From positions 177,258,001 through 177,322,000 of the forward strand of contig OX597814.1 of assembly GCA_951406725.2 (NCBI GenBank): a stretch of DNA of 64,000 nt, read 5' to 3'. The position numbers were made by a program, and so were the translations under genes. The notes under the pieces were generated by a model, which was not told where the DNA came from, searched no databases, and saw only the letters and a list, made by a program, of their open reading frames with translations. Shown piece by piece: positions 41,980-55,667 of the stretch. The DNA is from Octopus vulgaris (lineage: Eukaryota). Position 1 is the stretch's first letter, and every line of letters begins with the position of its first letter.

Positions 41980-42103
41980 ATATATGTATATATTTATGTC
42001 CATATGTCAGTCTATCTGTCTATCTATACATAAGAATATAGAATATCGGCTAATATAAAAGTTCCCAGAGCGAGTTCTGGAAACCAATTTACAATTTCCA
42101 TTC

Positions 42104-42164
42104 TGCGAATGCATATTAGAGTACTTTCATAAGCGGAATTATCATCAGTAAATTCCCATTCGCA
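42104..42164 (-). ncRNA. Type I hammerhead-like motif, slightly degenerate
   Basis: Minus strand reads TGCGAATG-ggaat-TTA CTGATGA taattccgcttat GAAA GTAC TC TAA-tatg-CATTCGCA. This gives a core, palindromic stem III AGTACT, a CUC triplet, and a stem I of 3 bp plus internal loop plus 8 bp. Stem II is one nt out of register. Confidence 0.6.
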
Positions 42165-43929
42165 CATTTTTCGAAAATTCTACAGCTTTTACTACTTTTA
42201 ATGAAATCGATTTTTATTAATCTGGCGGACAGCATTGAAGAATTAAAAAAAAAACAAAAAAAAAACATGTTTTTTTTAGGAATTTAGAAAAATCATTTAG
42301 TGAATATATTTCAATTTAACTGGTGTTTAGAGAAGGTTGAGTTCTGGTCTCAAGCAAATAACTTTTTCAACGATGTATGTATGTATGTATACATGTATGT
42401 GTATATGCTTGCATATATATATGTATGCTTGTGTGTATGCTTGCATGTATATATGTATGCATGTATGTATACATATATGTATATATGTATGTATGTAGGC
42501 AGTTATGTGTGTTTGTACGTGTTTAAGTTTGTATGTATCTATGTATGTGTGCATGTAGGTTTGTATGTATGCATGTATGCATGTATGTATGTATTTATCT
42601 GTCTACATGTATATCTATCTATATATCTATCTATTTTGCCTTTCTTATTTTTCTTTAGCAGTCGATTTGTTTTGGCCCTGCCGAAGATAGATATCATGGT
42701 GAGGGTGGTTCCTATACTTCCAGCCCATCACTCGATAAAACTGAACCACATGCATGTCTGAAACAGCTCTAAGTCTATAATACGCAACTTTATATAACCT
42801 ATTATTTCATACTATCATATATATGGCTTTCATCCTCAAATTTACGGAAGTGTATTATATATATATATAACTAAGCCTATATAAGTAAATACTTTCGACA
42901 TTAAACATAGACTTCCTTTTAAATGGCTCCGTAGTTCCATGGAAGCCACCAGTTTTCGAGTACAAGTCATTCACAGAAGAAACTGTTGTAAGCTTATGAA
43001 AAGTGCTAGTATATAATTCCTGTTCTTTTGTCATCTCTCTCTATAAATATATATGTACACATGTATACATATGTATACTTATATAAACGTGTGCTCGTGT
43101 ATGAGTGAGGAAGTGAAGCAGATAAAAATCAAGAACAGTAATGAAAGAATTGCTTTTCATTCCACAGGTTGAATTATAGCTAAAAAATGGGACACTCCAG
43201 TTTTTATTCTATTAAGATTTTAACTCAAATGAAATAATTTAAAGAATTGTGAACTCATTGTTCGCTTGAATATGTGGAAGTCGAAAAGAGTGCTAAAAAA
43301 TAACCTATTCGATTATTATAATTATTTGCTAGACAGTAGAGTGTTTCATAACTATTCTGCATACATACATAAAGAAGTGAAGTTTTATTTGCCATAAGGC
43401 CATCCTTATTCTCAACCGTCTTACTATTTACTCTGTCAGAAGTTTAAGCATTCATTACTAGCTTTCGATCGTCTCTAATCAGCCTGGATCCTTTACATTA
43501 TGCAAGGACCCATATTTTTATTATAGCTACTATTTCTAGTAGTCTGTAGTATCACTTAGAGATTTTTTTCTAAATTTACTAGCAACTATTTCCAAGTAAA
43601 ATGGAGGATTTATCGAAAACTCAGAGCGTTACATAAATATGAAAATAACGCCAGAGTTTGTGATGTCATAATAACTTCTATTGTATATTATGTTTAAGTA
43701 GATGCAGAAATTGTTAGAAATATGTATAAAAGAAAAAGAGATATTGTTCTTATAGTGACGTGCAGTTATTAATTTATTTCAAAGGAAATAAGCTAATTAA
43801 AAAACCACTAAGTATGTTCTCTGTTATGGATGAATAGCTAAGATGAATTGAATTGCAACAGTGAAGTTTAGTTCAATAGCTACGAAACACTTCAAATTGA
43901 CTTATTGACTTATAATAATCTAGTTTTCG

Positions 43930-44278
<349 letters not shown>

Positions 44279-44770
44279 GTTACACATATACATATCTATC
44301 TCTAACAGTTGGATGATTTTCTGACTTGCTAAATCTAGGAATTATATATTTTAAATTTGATTTCATTCTTATGATAGCTCACTATTTTTTTAAAGATATT
44401 TTTCTTCCTCTTTTTTTTTCTAAATTTTTCAGTAATATTTATCAACAGGTTGATTATCAAAAAAAAAAAGAAAGAAAGAAAGCAACGGAATGACTTCTCA
44501 ATCTTTTCAACACTTTAAACAGATTGAGAATAAGCGAACAGTCAATAAAACGGAAAGAAATGAAAAAGAAAACAAATAACAAACTGCAAAATAGAAGACG
44601 GATTTGAAATTGGAAAGCTGATATATATCCGATGATTCTGATGATACAAAAGCATTATAAGACAGAATAATTAGATTATTTTCTAATGATGCTTATATCT
44701 AACTTGAGTGGTGTAATGCTATAAACGTCAGACAGCTGCTTGATATGTGATTATATGTGTGTGTGTGTGA

Positions 44771-44832
<62 letters not shown>

Positions 44833-46305
44833 TTATGTTTGTGTATATATATGCATATATATATATATATGCATTCATACACACACATGCCTATATATAT
44901 ATATATATATATATATATTTTTTGCTATACAACTCTTGACACATCCAGCTATCCAGCCACCAACAGATGTAAAGGACAGAATGCACAGCTTTTAAAGAAA
45001 TGGTGCATAACATATTCTTAACATCCGATCACATGCAAAACGGATCATGGTAAATCTAGATGTTTATTATATCTAGCTGAAGCTAAATAACTGGTAATAG
45101 AAATTACAGACACAAACTCCCTTCCACACAGTTATATATAATATATATATATATGTGTGTGTGTCTCTATATGTAGATAGATAGATTAATAGATAGAAGG
45201 ATAGATACATAGATAGCTATATATACAAAAGTGTTGAGGAGTGAGGATTAATCGATGCCATTGACCTCAGTACCCGACTGATACTTAAATTCATCGAACT
45301 AGAATGAATGAAAGGAAAAGTTAGTATTAATATATTACAATATATGAAACTAACCAGAAAGTGGTATAGTAATTATAACTTCATGTTGATCATAATTAAA
45401 TATTTAAAATTAAATGGAAAGTGAAAAGTTTCCGTTATTAAAAAATTTGTTTTTGTATACCGGCATTTTGAATGTTATCCAGCAACTGAATGATTCAATT
45501 CATGCAATTGGCAAATTTGAATTGTTTCCCTCAGCTCATTTCATTTCAAATTATGCAAATTATTCCGAGAAAAATTATTTGTAACTATTTTTCTGTATGT
45601 GAAATCTGTCATCTGAACGTCAGAACTTGGTGTGACTACATTATGTTGATGAGGTCTAATAGACTGAAGCATGTCCTTAGTATTCCTCGCCTGCATTCAA
45701 TAATCACAGACATGTAAACTGATTTTGTTTTTCGAGAGATCGATTCCAATTTCTTAAAGAATTTTATCTTTGCGAATTGTAATTATAGTTTTTGATTTCT
45801 TTTTCTCTTAAAAATTCAAACTATTTAAAAATGTTTCTTGTTCGGTATTTCGTACGTCACCCTTAAATCTAAATATGCTGGGTATGCTTTGCTATATTTA
45901 GTTTTGAACTACTATGCCTTGAGTCCAAATATCCGCCTTCTAAGGTGTGACTGCATCTTTTGTGCTTTTGGGGCTGATAATATAAGTAACATTTGAATAT
46001 TTGGAACGATATAATCAGCTATACCCCTCTCTCAGATTCGAGACCTCGTGCTTATATAAGACATCAATATAATAATCAAGCAATCAGAAAAAAAAAAGCT
46101 CACCAATCTAATAGCTGAAGAGAATTATGTGCGTGTACTCACAAATCGTTCGTGAGTAGTCTAACAATATATCAGTATAGAAATATTCGTATGTACATAT
46201 ATCACATACAAAACACATAAATACGTGTAATGATTTGCTGCTAAAAGGCAAACAAGACGACATAGACCAACAGTAGCAGCAACAACAAAAACAACAACAA
46301 CAGCA

Positions 46306-46366
<61 letters not shown>

Positions 46367-46733
46367 GACCGGGGATACTTATACTTATTTTATCGGATCA
46401 AAAATGTTAGATAAATGTGGTGAGTTGGCTAATCGTTTCAGTGTTGGATAAAATTCGAAGACATGTAGTGACATCAGTTTCATAAACGGATTATCTTGTC
46501 TCTTTCGAACAAGAGACAATGGCTGAAATCCTGATTGATTTCGCTTTAAGGATGGATGAGAGTATAAAACCTAATGGCCACAAATCTTCATTTGAGGAAC
46601 ATCTGTGACTGTTGTGGTTTATAACCTCATTTGCGTCGGATATTGTATTACCTCTAAAATACATTGTGTCGGTCGCTTGTCGACAAAAAAAAAAATAGAT
46701 AGTAAGCGAAGAAAAACGAGAAGAGAAGGAGGC

Positions 46734-46973
<240 letters not shown>

Positions 46974-47089
46974 AAAACACTCCGACGATATTTTAACTCA
47001 AGCCATAAAAATGTATACAAATTTTATTATCGTTCTTTTGATTCCAACCAATCACCGTTCTGATAGTGATAAAAGCACAAGACTTCACA

Positions 47090-47470
47090 CTTGATTGCTA
47101 CTTATTTTATCGATTCAGATACAATGGAAAGCAAGTTGATCCCGACGGGAATTGCATTTCGAGTGTCTACGTCTGAAATTAAATAGAGCAATGCATTTTG
47201 TCCGTTCGTGCCAGTTAGAACTTCCCGGTACAAAGACAGTAACAAAAAAATTATTCCTTAGAGTTAGGGTTACACGAGGTCTCTTGTCTGGAGGAGAATT
47301 ATATTAATCCTGTAATTGCTAGGCATTTTATTTTATCCAGGTTAAAGTATGTGGAGCCAAACTTAGACTCGGCGGGGTTTGAATTCAAATCAAAACTAGC
47401 AGTAACTAAACACTATTAGGTTGTTTTTTTTAATGAGCTAACACTTCTGGCACTGCCTTAAATGATAACA

Positions 47471-47502
<32 letters not shown>

Positions 47503-47762
47503 AGCAACAACAAGAACAGAGGCAGCAGCAACAACAATAATAATGATTTCAAATGTTTGGCACAATGCCAGCAATTTCGGGGGAGTGAATAAATCGATTA
47601 CATCGACTACAGTGTTCAAGTAGTACTTATTTTATCGACCCAGAAAGGATGAAAGGCAAAGTCAACCTCGGCGGAATTTGACCATACAACCTAAAGAAGG
47701 ATGAAATGCCGCTACGCTTTTTACCCAGTGTGCTAACGACTCTGCCATCTCGCCGCCTTATA

Positions 47763-47846
<84 letters not shown>

Positions 47847-48277
47847 TGTTTCAATTTTTGTCACAAGGGCAGCAATTGTTTGGGGAGGGGATGAGTAGAT
47901 TACATTGACCCCAGTGTTTAACTGGTACTTATTTTATCGACCCCGAAAGGATGAAAGGTAAATTCGACCTCGGTGGAATTTGAACTCAGAACAACCACCG
48001 GGTGAAATACCGCTAAGCATTTCGTCCAGCGTGCTAACAATTCTTATTTCTTTATTGCCCACAAAGAGCTAAATATAGAGGGGACAAACAAGGACAGACA
48101 AAGGGATTAAGTCGATTATATCGACCCCAGTGCGTAACTGGTACTTATTTAATCGACCCCGAAAGGATGAAAGGCAAAGTTGGCCTCGGCGGAATTTGAA
48201 CTCAGAACGTAGAGGCAGACGAAATACCGCTAAGCACTTCGCCCGGCGTGCTAACGATTCTGCCAGCTCGCCGCCTT
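47090..48277 (-). mobile_element. Cluster of family-A SINEs (degraded 47090-47460, then 47545-47758, 47848-48043, 48044-48277)
   Basis: Same consensus, all on the minus strand, separated by (AAT)n or (GAT)n. Confidence 0.8.
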
Positions 48278-48654
48278 TAATAAAATCGGTAATAAGGATT
48301 TCTTTACTTGCCACTGGCGTGGTTATAAAGACAAATTACAAAAAAAAAAAAAAATAATAAAAGCGACGCTGTATGCAGAGTTGATTATGAAAAAATGAAA
48401 CAGTTATGGAAAAAATATACAAAAAGTATAAAATGAGGCATTCCATTAGCAGGAAAACCACCAAGGGCTAATCAAGGAACCCCAAAGATATAGAATTACC
48501 CTGAATATAATTTCTGACATTGGCACAATGCCGCAAATTTTGTTGGAGAATGTAGTCGACTAGATTAGATTAGATTGGCACAAAGATATTATGTAATCAC
48601 GAACCAACATGTAAAATTCGCACTACAAGGCACTGTACAATATTATGAGAGAGC

Positions 48655-50670
48655 TTCTGCGTAGTTCCTACAGCTCGACCTGTTAGAAATAGCAATCAAG
48701 TCTTCCTCAAATCAGACCCTGTCGTTTTAAATACAATGTTACATTGGATAATGCTATTCTAGATAGACTGCATCTGAAAAAATGGGATGGTTAAGGCTGG
48801 AATGCCCTTTGAACATAGTTTTGTTTTGATCAAAGCTAACAGGGTACTAAACAACAACAAAATCAACGTAGAGTACTAGAAATACTATAAAATAACAACT
48901 TGAGATAAGCAGACTACACACAAGTGCGCACTTCTATGCAATGGAAGCACGCAGTAAAAATATTAGTGATAAAATGCACAAGTACATTCCAGAACCATTA
49001 ATCGAACGTGACTAGTTCACCATCCACCGGGATAGTCCCTTCATCATTATGAATAGAAATTGTACTGATAATAAAGCAACCAGTTTCCTTTAAGACAAGG
49101 CAAATAAAAATTAACAACTGATGGATGCCTGTGTATCTTTTTATAGTTTCACAAAATGCACAAAACGGTCCTACAAAATATTCAACTAGAAAGAAATACC
49201 AAACGAAGTTATGTAAAAATGTGGAAAAGGGAAACTGAAAATACTGCTAACAACTGAACTCCTTTGTAATTCGAATTAAGTCTGAAGACTTTTGAGGTAC
49301 CATAGTTTATACAAAATATATACAGATTCCTTTATTAGGCAGGTAATTGCTGATATCACCAATTCGAAGCTCACTATAAAGTTGTTAAGTAGAACATCAC
49401 CAGAAATAATTAAACACTAAATGATTCTATAAATAACTACTGCAACTTTAATATACTACAAATGATCCCATGTTTGATAATCTTCAATAGCTAAACGAAC
49501 AAAATGTTGAACGAGAGTATATACCAATATGTACGGTATCGAAGGTAATACTGATTTCTGACATTTGATAGAGTAATTAACTGTCGAGCCCATAGAATCA
49601 ACACATCTCTGGAGACCATATTATTGCTTCGAATCTGTGTAGGATATTTAAACTGAGAATATAGCGAGACAAAAGTTAAAAGCTGTTAGTCATTTTGTCT
49701 AATGCTTTACAGTGTCCGCCACTTTGACTCCTTTGTAACCGAGAAAAATAACGTCTTACAACTTAGCTGTTCGATAAGTAGAGAATGATTAATTAAATAC
49801 CAGACTGAAATAAGTTGTGGGGCGAAGATAGTGGTAATGTAGCATGGCAGCAGTCCAAAGACTAAAATAGGTAAAAGGGTATGAGAATGATCTAGAAGCA
49901 AACATTAACGAAAATAAAGGAAAACAATCCCCCTTGATCTTTGAATATCAACTTGAGAACTTCATGTAGTAAATATAAAGTAGACTTTATCCATTCACAA
50001 GCAAGACCTATGTTAGAACTTGAACTCTTCAACTTTATGTATCATTCATTGAGCCAACGTTCTGTTAGAAATAGCAGCCAAATCTTTCTCAAATCACACT
50101 CTATTGTTTTAAGAGAGATAAAACCCGAAAAATGTGGTTGTTGATGCAATTAGACTTTGTAACAGATATACTATCGACAAAGTGGTCATGGTTAGAATAC
50201 CTTCATTCATCATGACTGAGCTTATATAAGACTAAGAAATAACAATAACAAAAGACACAGTCATGAATTAACAAAAGCGACAAAAACAATAACAACAACG
50301 ACACCATTACTACTAATCTCCAGCAATAAAAGCAACAACTATAACAGCGAAACCCATTCCAAATGATACAGTACTCTGATAGCTTTCAGTTGTTAGTCAC
50401 ACCGTTCCATAATATCTCATGTGAGTTTCGTAGACCGTGCCATTTGAAAGACTAAAATATAAGTGCCAACGAAGAAGCCAATACGCGGTATTTTGAAGGG
50501 TAGAGATAGCACCCAAGTTCTCCAAAATCTCACGTAGCATTCTTAAAAGAGGAAGGGTACATTGAGTAATGTAGTTTTACTTACAAACAAAAGAAAAAAA
50601 TTCTGGAATAGCGTAGGAATAGCGTCTGCTGAATCAGAGTTCACCATATGTTAAACAACACAACAACAAC
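48655..50670 (+). repeat. Three diverged copies of a ~200-bp repeat ending in (AAC)n (about 48655-48860, 50055-50250, 50495-50670); further copy at about 59110-59285
   Basis: Shared TGTTAGAAATAGCAGCCAAATC..TCAAATCACAC...CATTGGATAATG...GCTAAACAACAAC. Confidence 0.65.
48930..49350 (+). mobile_element. Highly degraded R4/Dong-like RLE-region remnant
   Basis: Scattered residues in the expected order (HKYIPEPLIE, TIH.D, KMWK.ET, IQIPLLG) with many indels. Confidence 0.35.
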
Positions 50671-50897
50671 AAAAGCAACGAACTTCAACACAGCATCAGT
50701 AGCAGCCGTTCAAGAATTTGGACCTAGAGATCTCCATTTCCAGCGACTTCGAGACCACCTCCCAGTGGTGTCGGGCGTCAACGAAGAGCCCTCGACTACA
50801 ACAAGACGACCAAAGTATTTTTTTCTTCCTAGGTCTGGGGTCTCATGCCCCTAAGACCTAGACCATCACCTAATCACCCTTACCCGTCTTGTTGCTT

Positions 50898-50940
<43 letters not shown>

Positions 50941-51440
50941 GAAGCAGCAGCAGCATCAACAGCAACTACAACGAGCAATGCAGGACAGGAATTCAACCTG
51001 CATGAATTTGACTTAGAAGATACGTGAAATTGAAAGAAATGACGTAATACACGCGTGGGCGCATATACACACACAGTGACACACACACACGCATACACTC
51101 ACACACATTCACACACACTCACGCACACATACACTCATACACACACACACCCACAAACACTCACACACATAAAAACACATCATTTGTAAATTACAATAAG
51201 TGTTTTAGGTTCGAATCAGAACTGCATCAGTGGCGGACAATTCATTGAAGCAATACAGGGCCTCACGAGCAATAAATAAAAAAAAAAACACGGCAAAATA
51301 ACATGGCGACAGCTATGACACCAGCAGCAGCAGCAGCAGCTGGAAAGATGTTGAACCAAGGAGCGAAGGGGAACCTACGAGATCATTTCTTGACAGCAAT
51401 AAAAGCAGTCAAATCTCTTTTAGATCTCGACTATCTTAAT

Positions 51441-51847
51441 CTCTTACGTTTTACTTGTTTCATTCGTTAGACTGCGGCCATGCTGGGGCACTGCGTTGAA
51501 GAATTTTAGTCAAACGAATCGAACCCAGTATTTACTTTTCTGTTTTGAGCCTGGTACTTATTCTATCGGACTCTTTTGGCGAAACGGTAGGTTACCAGAG
51601 GTCAAATGGCTGTAGGGAACACACAAATACACACACACAAACACATACAAACATATGCAAACACACACACACACACACATATACGATGGGCTTCTTTCAG
51701 TTTCCGTTCGCCAAAACCACTCACAAGACCTTGGTCGGCTCGAGGCCGTAGTACAAGATACCTGCCCAAAGTGCCATGCAGTGGGACTGAACCCAGAACC
51801 ACATGGCTGGAAAGCAAACTTCTTACCACATTGCTACACCTGCGCCT
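51441..51847 (-). mobile_element. Family-B SINE
   Basis: Reverse-complement homology with internal (CA)n. Confidence 0.85.
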
Positions 51848-52149
51848 ATATAAGAAAATATAAACAGATCAGTCATGGCTGGAACGCCATCATGAAAGCA
51901 GATAACTCTCCCTTACCGCCTTAAAAAGTATGTGTTGGACAACGTAATACCGGGTTCCTTATACAACTTGGGTCTGTCAGTCAGTCAGTCTCGTTTTTTT
52001 TAGGGGGTCTGAATAACTACAACAAGGTGAATAGTTATAGTAAATTCACAGATTAGTATAAATCTATAAATGTGTGAGTCTATATGTCTATATGTCTGTG
52101 TATATGCGAGTGTGTCTATATGTCTGTGTATATGCGAGTATGTGTATAT

Positions 52150-52563
52150 AAATGGGTGGTGATGTAGTCGAAGCTATTGTCTTTAATGTATACCTCAAAT
52201 TTATTTCATTAATCTCTTCTGGGATAAGAGGCAGATCTAACCGTGGCAGGATTGAACTCAAGACGTTGAAGGACGGAGCTAAACACTTTTTAGATTAACT
52301 TGGAGCACTTGTGTCGACATTTAATGAAGGACAGAATGTTGGAATAAGCAAATGGTAACGATTATAACGCTTTCAACTATAGGCACAATACTTGAAGTTT
52401 CGACTGAGGGAAACAGTCGAATACATCGATTCCAATGCTCCGAAAGGAAGAAAGGTAAAATCGATCTCGGTGAAATTGGAATTAAAAATGTAAAGATGGA
52501 GGAAATGCTGCTAAGCATTCAGCCCCGGCGTGCTAAAGATTCTACCAGTTCACTGCCTTAATA

Positions 52564-52610
<47 letters not shown>

Positions 52611-52617
52611 AATGATG

Positions 52618-52660
<43 letters not shown>

Positions 52661-52738
52661 AGAAGGTTTCTCTGCCCTAGGTGTCAGGAAGACACCCGGT
52701 AAGAAATGGGAACAGAATTGAAAGAGGATGCTAATGAA

Positions 52739-52794
<56 letters not shown>

Positions 52795-52872
52795 AGAAGG
52801 TTTCTCTGCCCTAGGTGTCAGGAAGACACCCAGTAAGAAATGGGAACAAAATTGAAAGAGGATGCTAATGAA

Positions 52873-52952
<80 letters not shown>

Positions 52953-53180
52953 TAATAATAGTAATAGTTTTAATAATAATAATCCTTTCTACTAAAGGCA
53001 CAACTCCTAAAATTGGGTGGGAGGAATATTAGTCGATTTCAGCGACCCCAGTGTTCAACTGGTTCTTAATTTATGGATCCTGAAAGGATGAAAGGCAACG
53101 TCGACCTTGGCGGAATTTGAACTCAGAATACTGCTAAGCATTACGTCCAGAGTGCTAACAATTCTGCCGGCTCACCGCTT
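52150..53180 (-). mobile_element. Family-A SINE copies (about 52150-52290, 52370-52560, 52983-53180)
   Basis: Same consensus, interleaved with (AAT)n and the 81-bp units. Confidence 0.75.
52660..52874 (+). repeat. Two tandem 81-bp units (52660-52740 and 52794-52874) separated by (AAT)n, probably retroelement 3' tips
   Basis: The units differ at 2 positions. Each contains the hairpin GGTGTC-aggaa-GACACC and is followed by (AAT)n. Confidence 0.85.
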
Positions 53181-53706
<526 letters not shown>

Positions 53707-54077
53707 GAAATAGAACAGAAAAACAAATATATATATTATAACCATCATACAGAATAAAATAGAATTGTATGTTGCAATGCCGTCAAAACAGGAAACCTAT
53801 ATTGCTATTGGCGCGACAACCTTTTGCCATATCGAGACTTGTGTCTAAGTGTGTATTGTCTATTGTTCTTGAGTATTGCTTAGTTAGAAGAGCACTAAAG
53901 TTCTTGGTTTCCCGAGATGTTCAAAATGTGTATATTTTAATTTTATTTTTCTATTCATTTTAGTCTCAGAATGAAGTAATCACATAGACACCAAACGCAC
54001 TCACATTCATTTCTCCTCACTTTTTGTGTGTGTATGTGTATATATGTATATGTTGGACCCCTGAACTCAATACGATT

Positions 54078-54216
54078 TATTTCATTCTCTCTCTGTTTAT
54101 TTTCTCATTCCTTTCTGTCGAAGAGCGTAGGCTCGAAACGTAAAAGACTTTTCCATTTTTCCCGAGCGTCAAACTAATACACTTGCGTGTTGTCCCTACA
54201 ACGGTCTTCATCTTTG

Positions 54217-54220
<4 letters not shown>
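54078..54220 (+). mobile_element. Short PLE-like repeat adjacent to (TA)n with a variant hammerhead-like motif (54111-54146)
   Basis: CTTT CTGTCGA A GAGC-GTAG-GCTC GAAACGTA AAAG. Homologous to 22032-22200 on the opposite strand. Confidence 0.55.
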
Positions 54221-54265
<45 letters not shown>

Positions 54266-54342
54266 TGGAGCATGCACATAAATGTGAAATAAGGTGGAAA
54301 AAAAAAGAGTACTCAAATACCAGAGGTAGAGTAATATATTAT

Positions 54343-54511
54343 TTTATTTAAAAGCAGCAGAAATATCACAAAAGTTGTTACTCAGAGTTTCACGTTTCCG
54401 TTCGTCGGACAGTTTTGTTAGAATCTAGCATTCTAACAAAGCTGTCCGACAAACTGGAACGTGGAACTCTGAGTAACAGTTTTTATGATATTTCTGCTGC
54501 TTTTAAATAAA
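54343..54511. mobile_element. Fold-back element next to (TA)n (82-bp arms, about 8 mismatches) with a hammerhead-like motif in each arm
   Basis: Arms 54343-54424 and 54430-54511. The arm consensus reads AAAACTGT CCGACGA ACG-GRAA-CGT GAAAC TCTGA GTA ACAGTTTT. Confidence 0.65.
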
Positions 54512-54589
<78 letters not shown>

Positions 54590-54644
54590 ATATATATATA
54601 TGCTTTATTCATTGACTCCACCACCACCACCACCAACACCAACA

Positions 54645-54940
54645 TAACCACCTCGGAACTTAAAGACATGTAAAATGCCGGTAAAAAATTTGTCCGTCAT
54701 GGTAACAATCCTGCTAGTTCACCGCCTTTAATAATAATAATAGTTTCAAATTTTGGCTCAAGGCCTGCAATTTAGAAGCGAAGGAGTAAGTCGTTAGCAT
54801 CGACCACAGAGCTTGAATGGACTCATCTTTTTTTTTATGTAGACCATGAAAGGATGAATGCCAAATTTGACCTCGGAAGGATTGGAACTCAGACCGTATA
54901 AAGTCAAATCGAATACCATGAAATATCTTATCCAACGCGC
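54645..54940 (-). mobile_element. Family-A SINE fragments
   Basis: ACCTCGGAA...GTTCACCGCCTT and GAAAGGATGAATGCCAAATTTGACCTCGG. Confidence 0.7.
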
Positions 54941-54942
54941 AG

Positions 54943-55170
54943 ATACATACATACATACATGCATACATACATACATACATACATACATACATACATACAT
55001 ACATGCATACATACACACATACATACATACATACATACATACATACATGCATACATGCATACATACATACATACATACATACATACATACATACATACAT
55101 ACATACATACATACATGCATACATACATACATATACATACGCACACACACACATATATATACATATATAA
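54943..55170. repeat. (CATA)n microsatellite
   Basis: Direct reading. Confidence 0.97.
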
Positions 55171-55495
55171 ATATTGTTGTATTTCAGGATGGTTATTTTT
55201 TTGCCAACACACGCACTACATATTCGTTATTATTACTGTTCTTATTTTAATTACTGTCCATTGTCCAGCATCTCTAACTCCTTCAGTGACACTTTCCGCA
55301 GTCGTGTGTGCTCCTGCATCGCTTAATCCATTCTCTTCTTTTATGACACATCGTAGAAGCGGAGCAGGAGCACTCACGAGTGCGGAAAGTGTCACTGAAG
55401 GAGTTACAGATGTGTGACGAAAGATTTCGGAATAATGGACAGGAGTTAAAATAAGAATAGCAATAAACGAATATGAAGTGCGTGTGCTTATTTCG

Positions 55496-55547
<52 letters not shown>

Positions 55548-55572
55548 CGACCATTCCGAAATATAGCAATAT
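55171..55572. mobile_element. Long imperfect palindrome (fold-back or MITE); one terminus also present at about 6733-6800
   Basis: Inner arms TAACTCCTTCAGTGACACTTTCCGCA / TGCGGAAAGTGTCACTGAAGGAGTTA. Outer arms ATATTGYTRTATTTC..ATGGT / ACCATTCCGAAATATAGCAATAT. Confidence 0.7.
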
Positions 55573-55584
55573 CTGAAGTGAAAC

Positions 55585-55667
<83 letters not shown>

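Noticed and set aside
45480-45720. Possible enhancer or exon (ATGCAAAT octamer, TTTCCCTCAG acceptor-like site)
   Set aside because: Short motifs are expected by chance in AT-rich DNA; this would need conservation or RNA data.
52660-52874. CRISPR-like repeat-spacer array
   Set aside because: Only two 81-bp units, the spacer is (AAT)n, the context is eukaryotic, and there are no cas genes.
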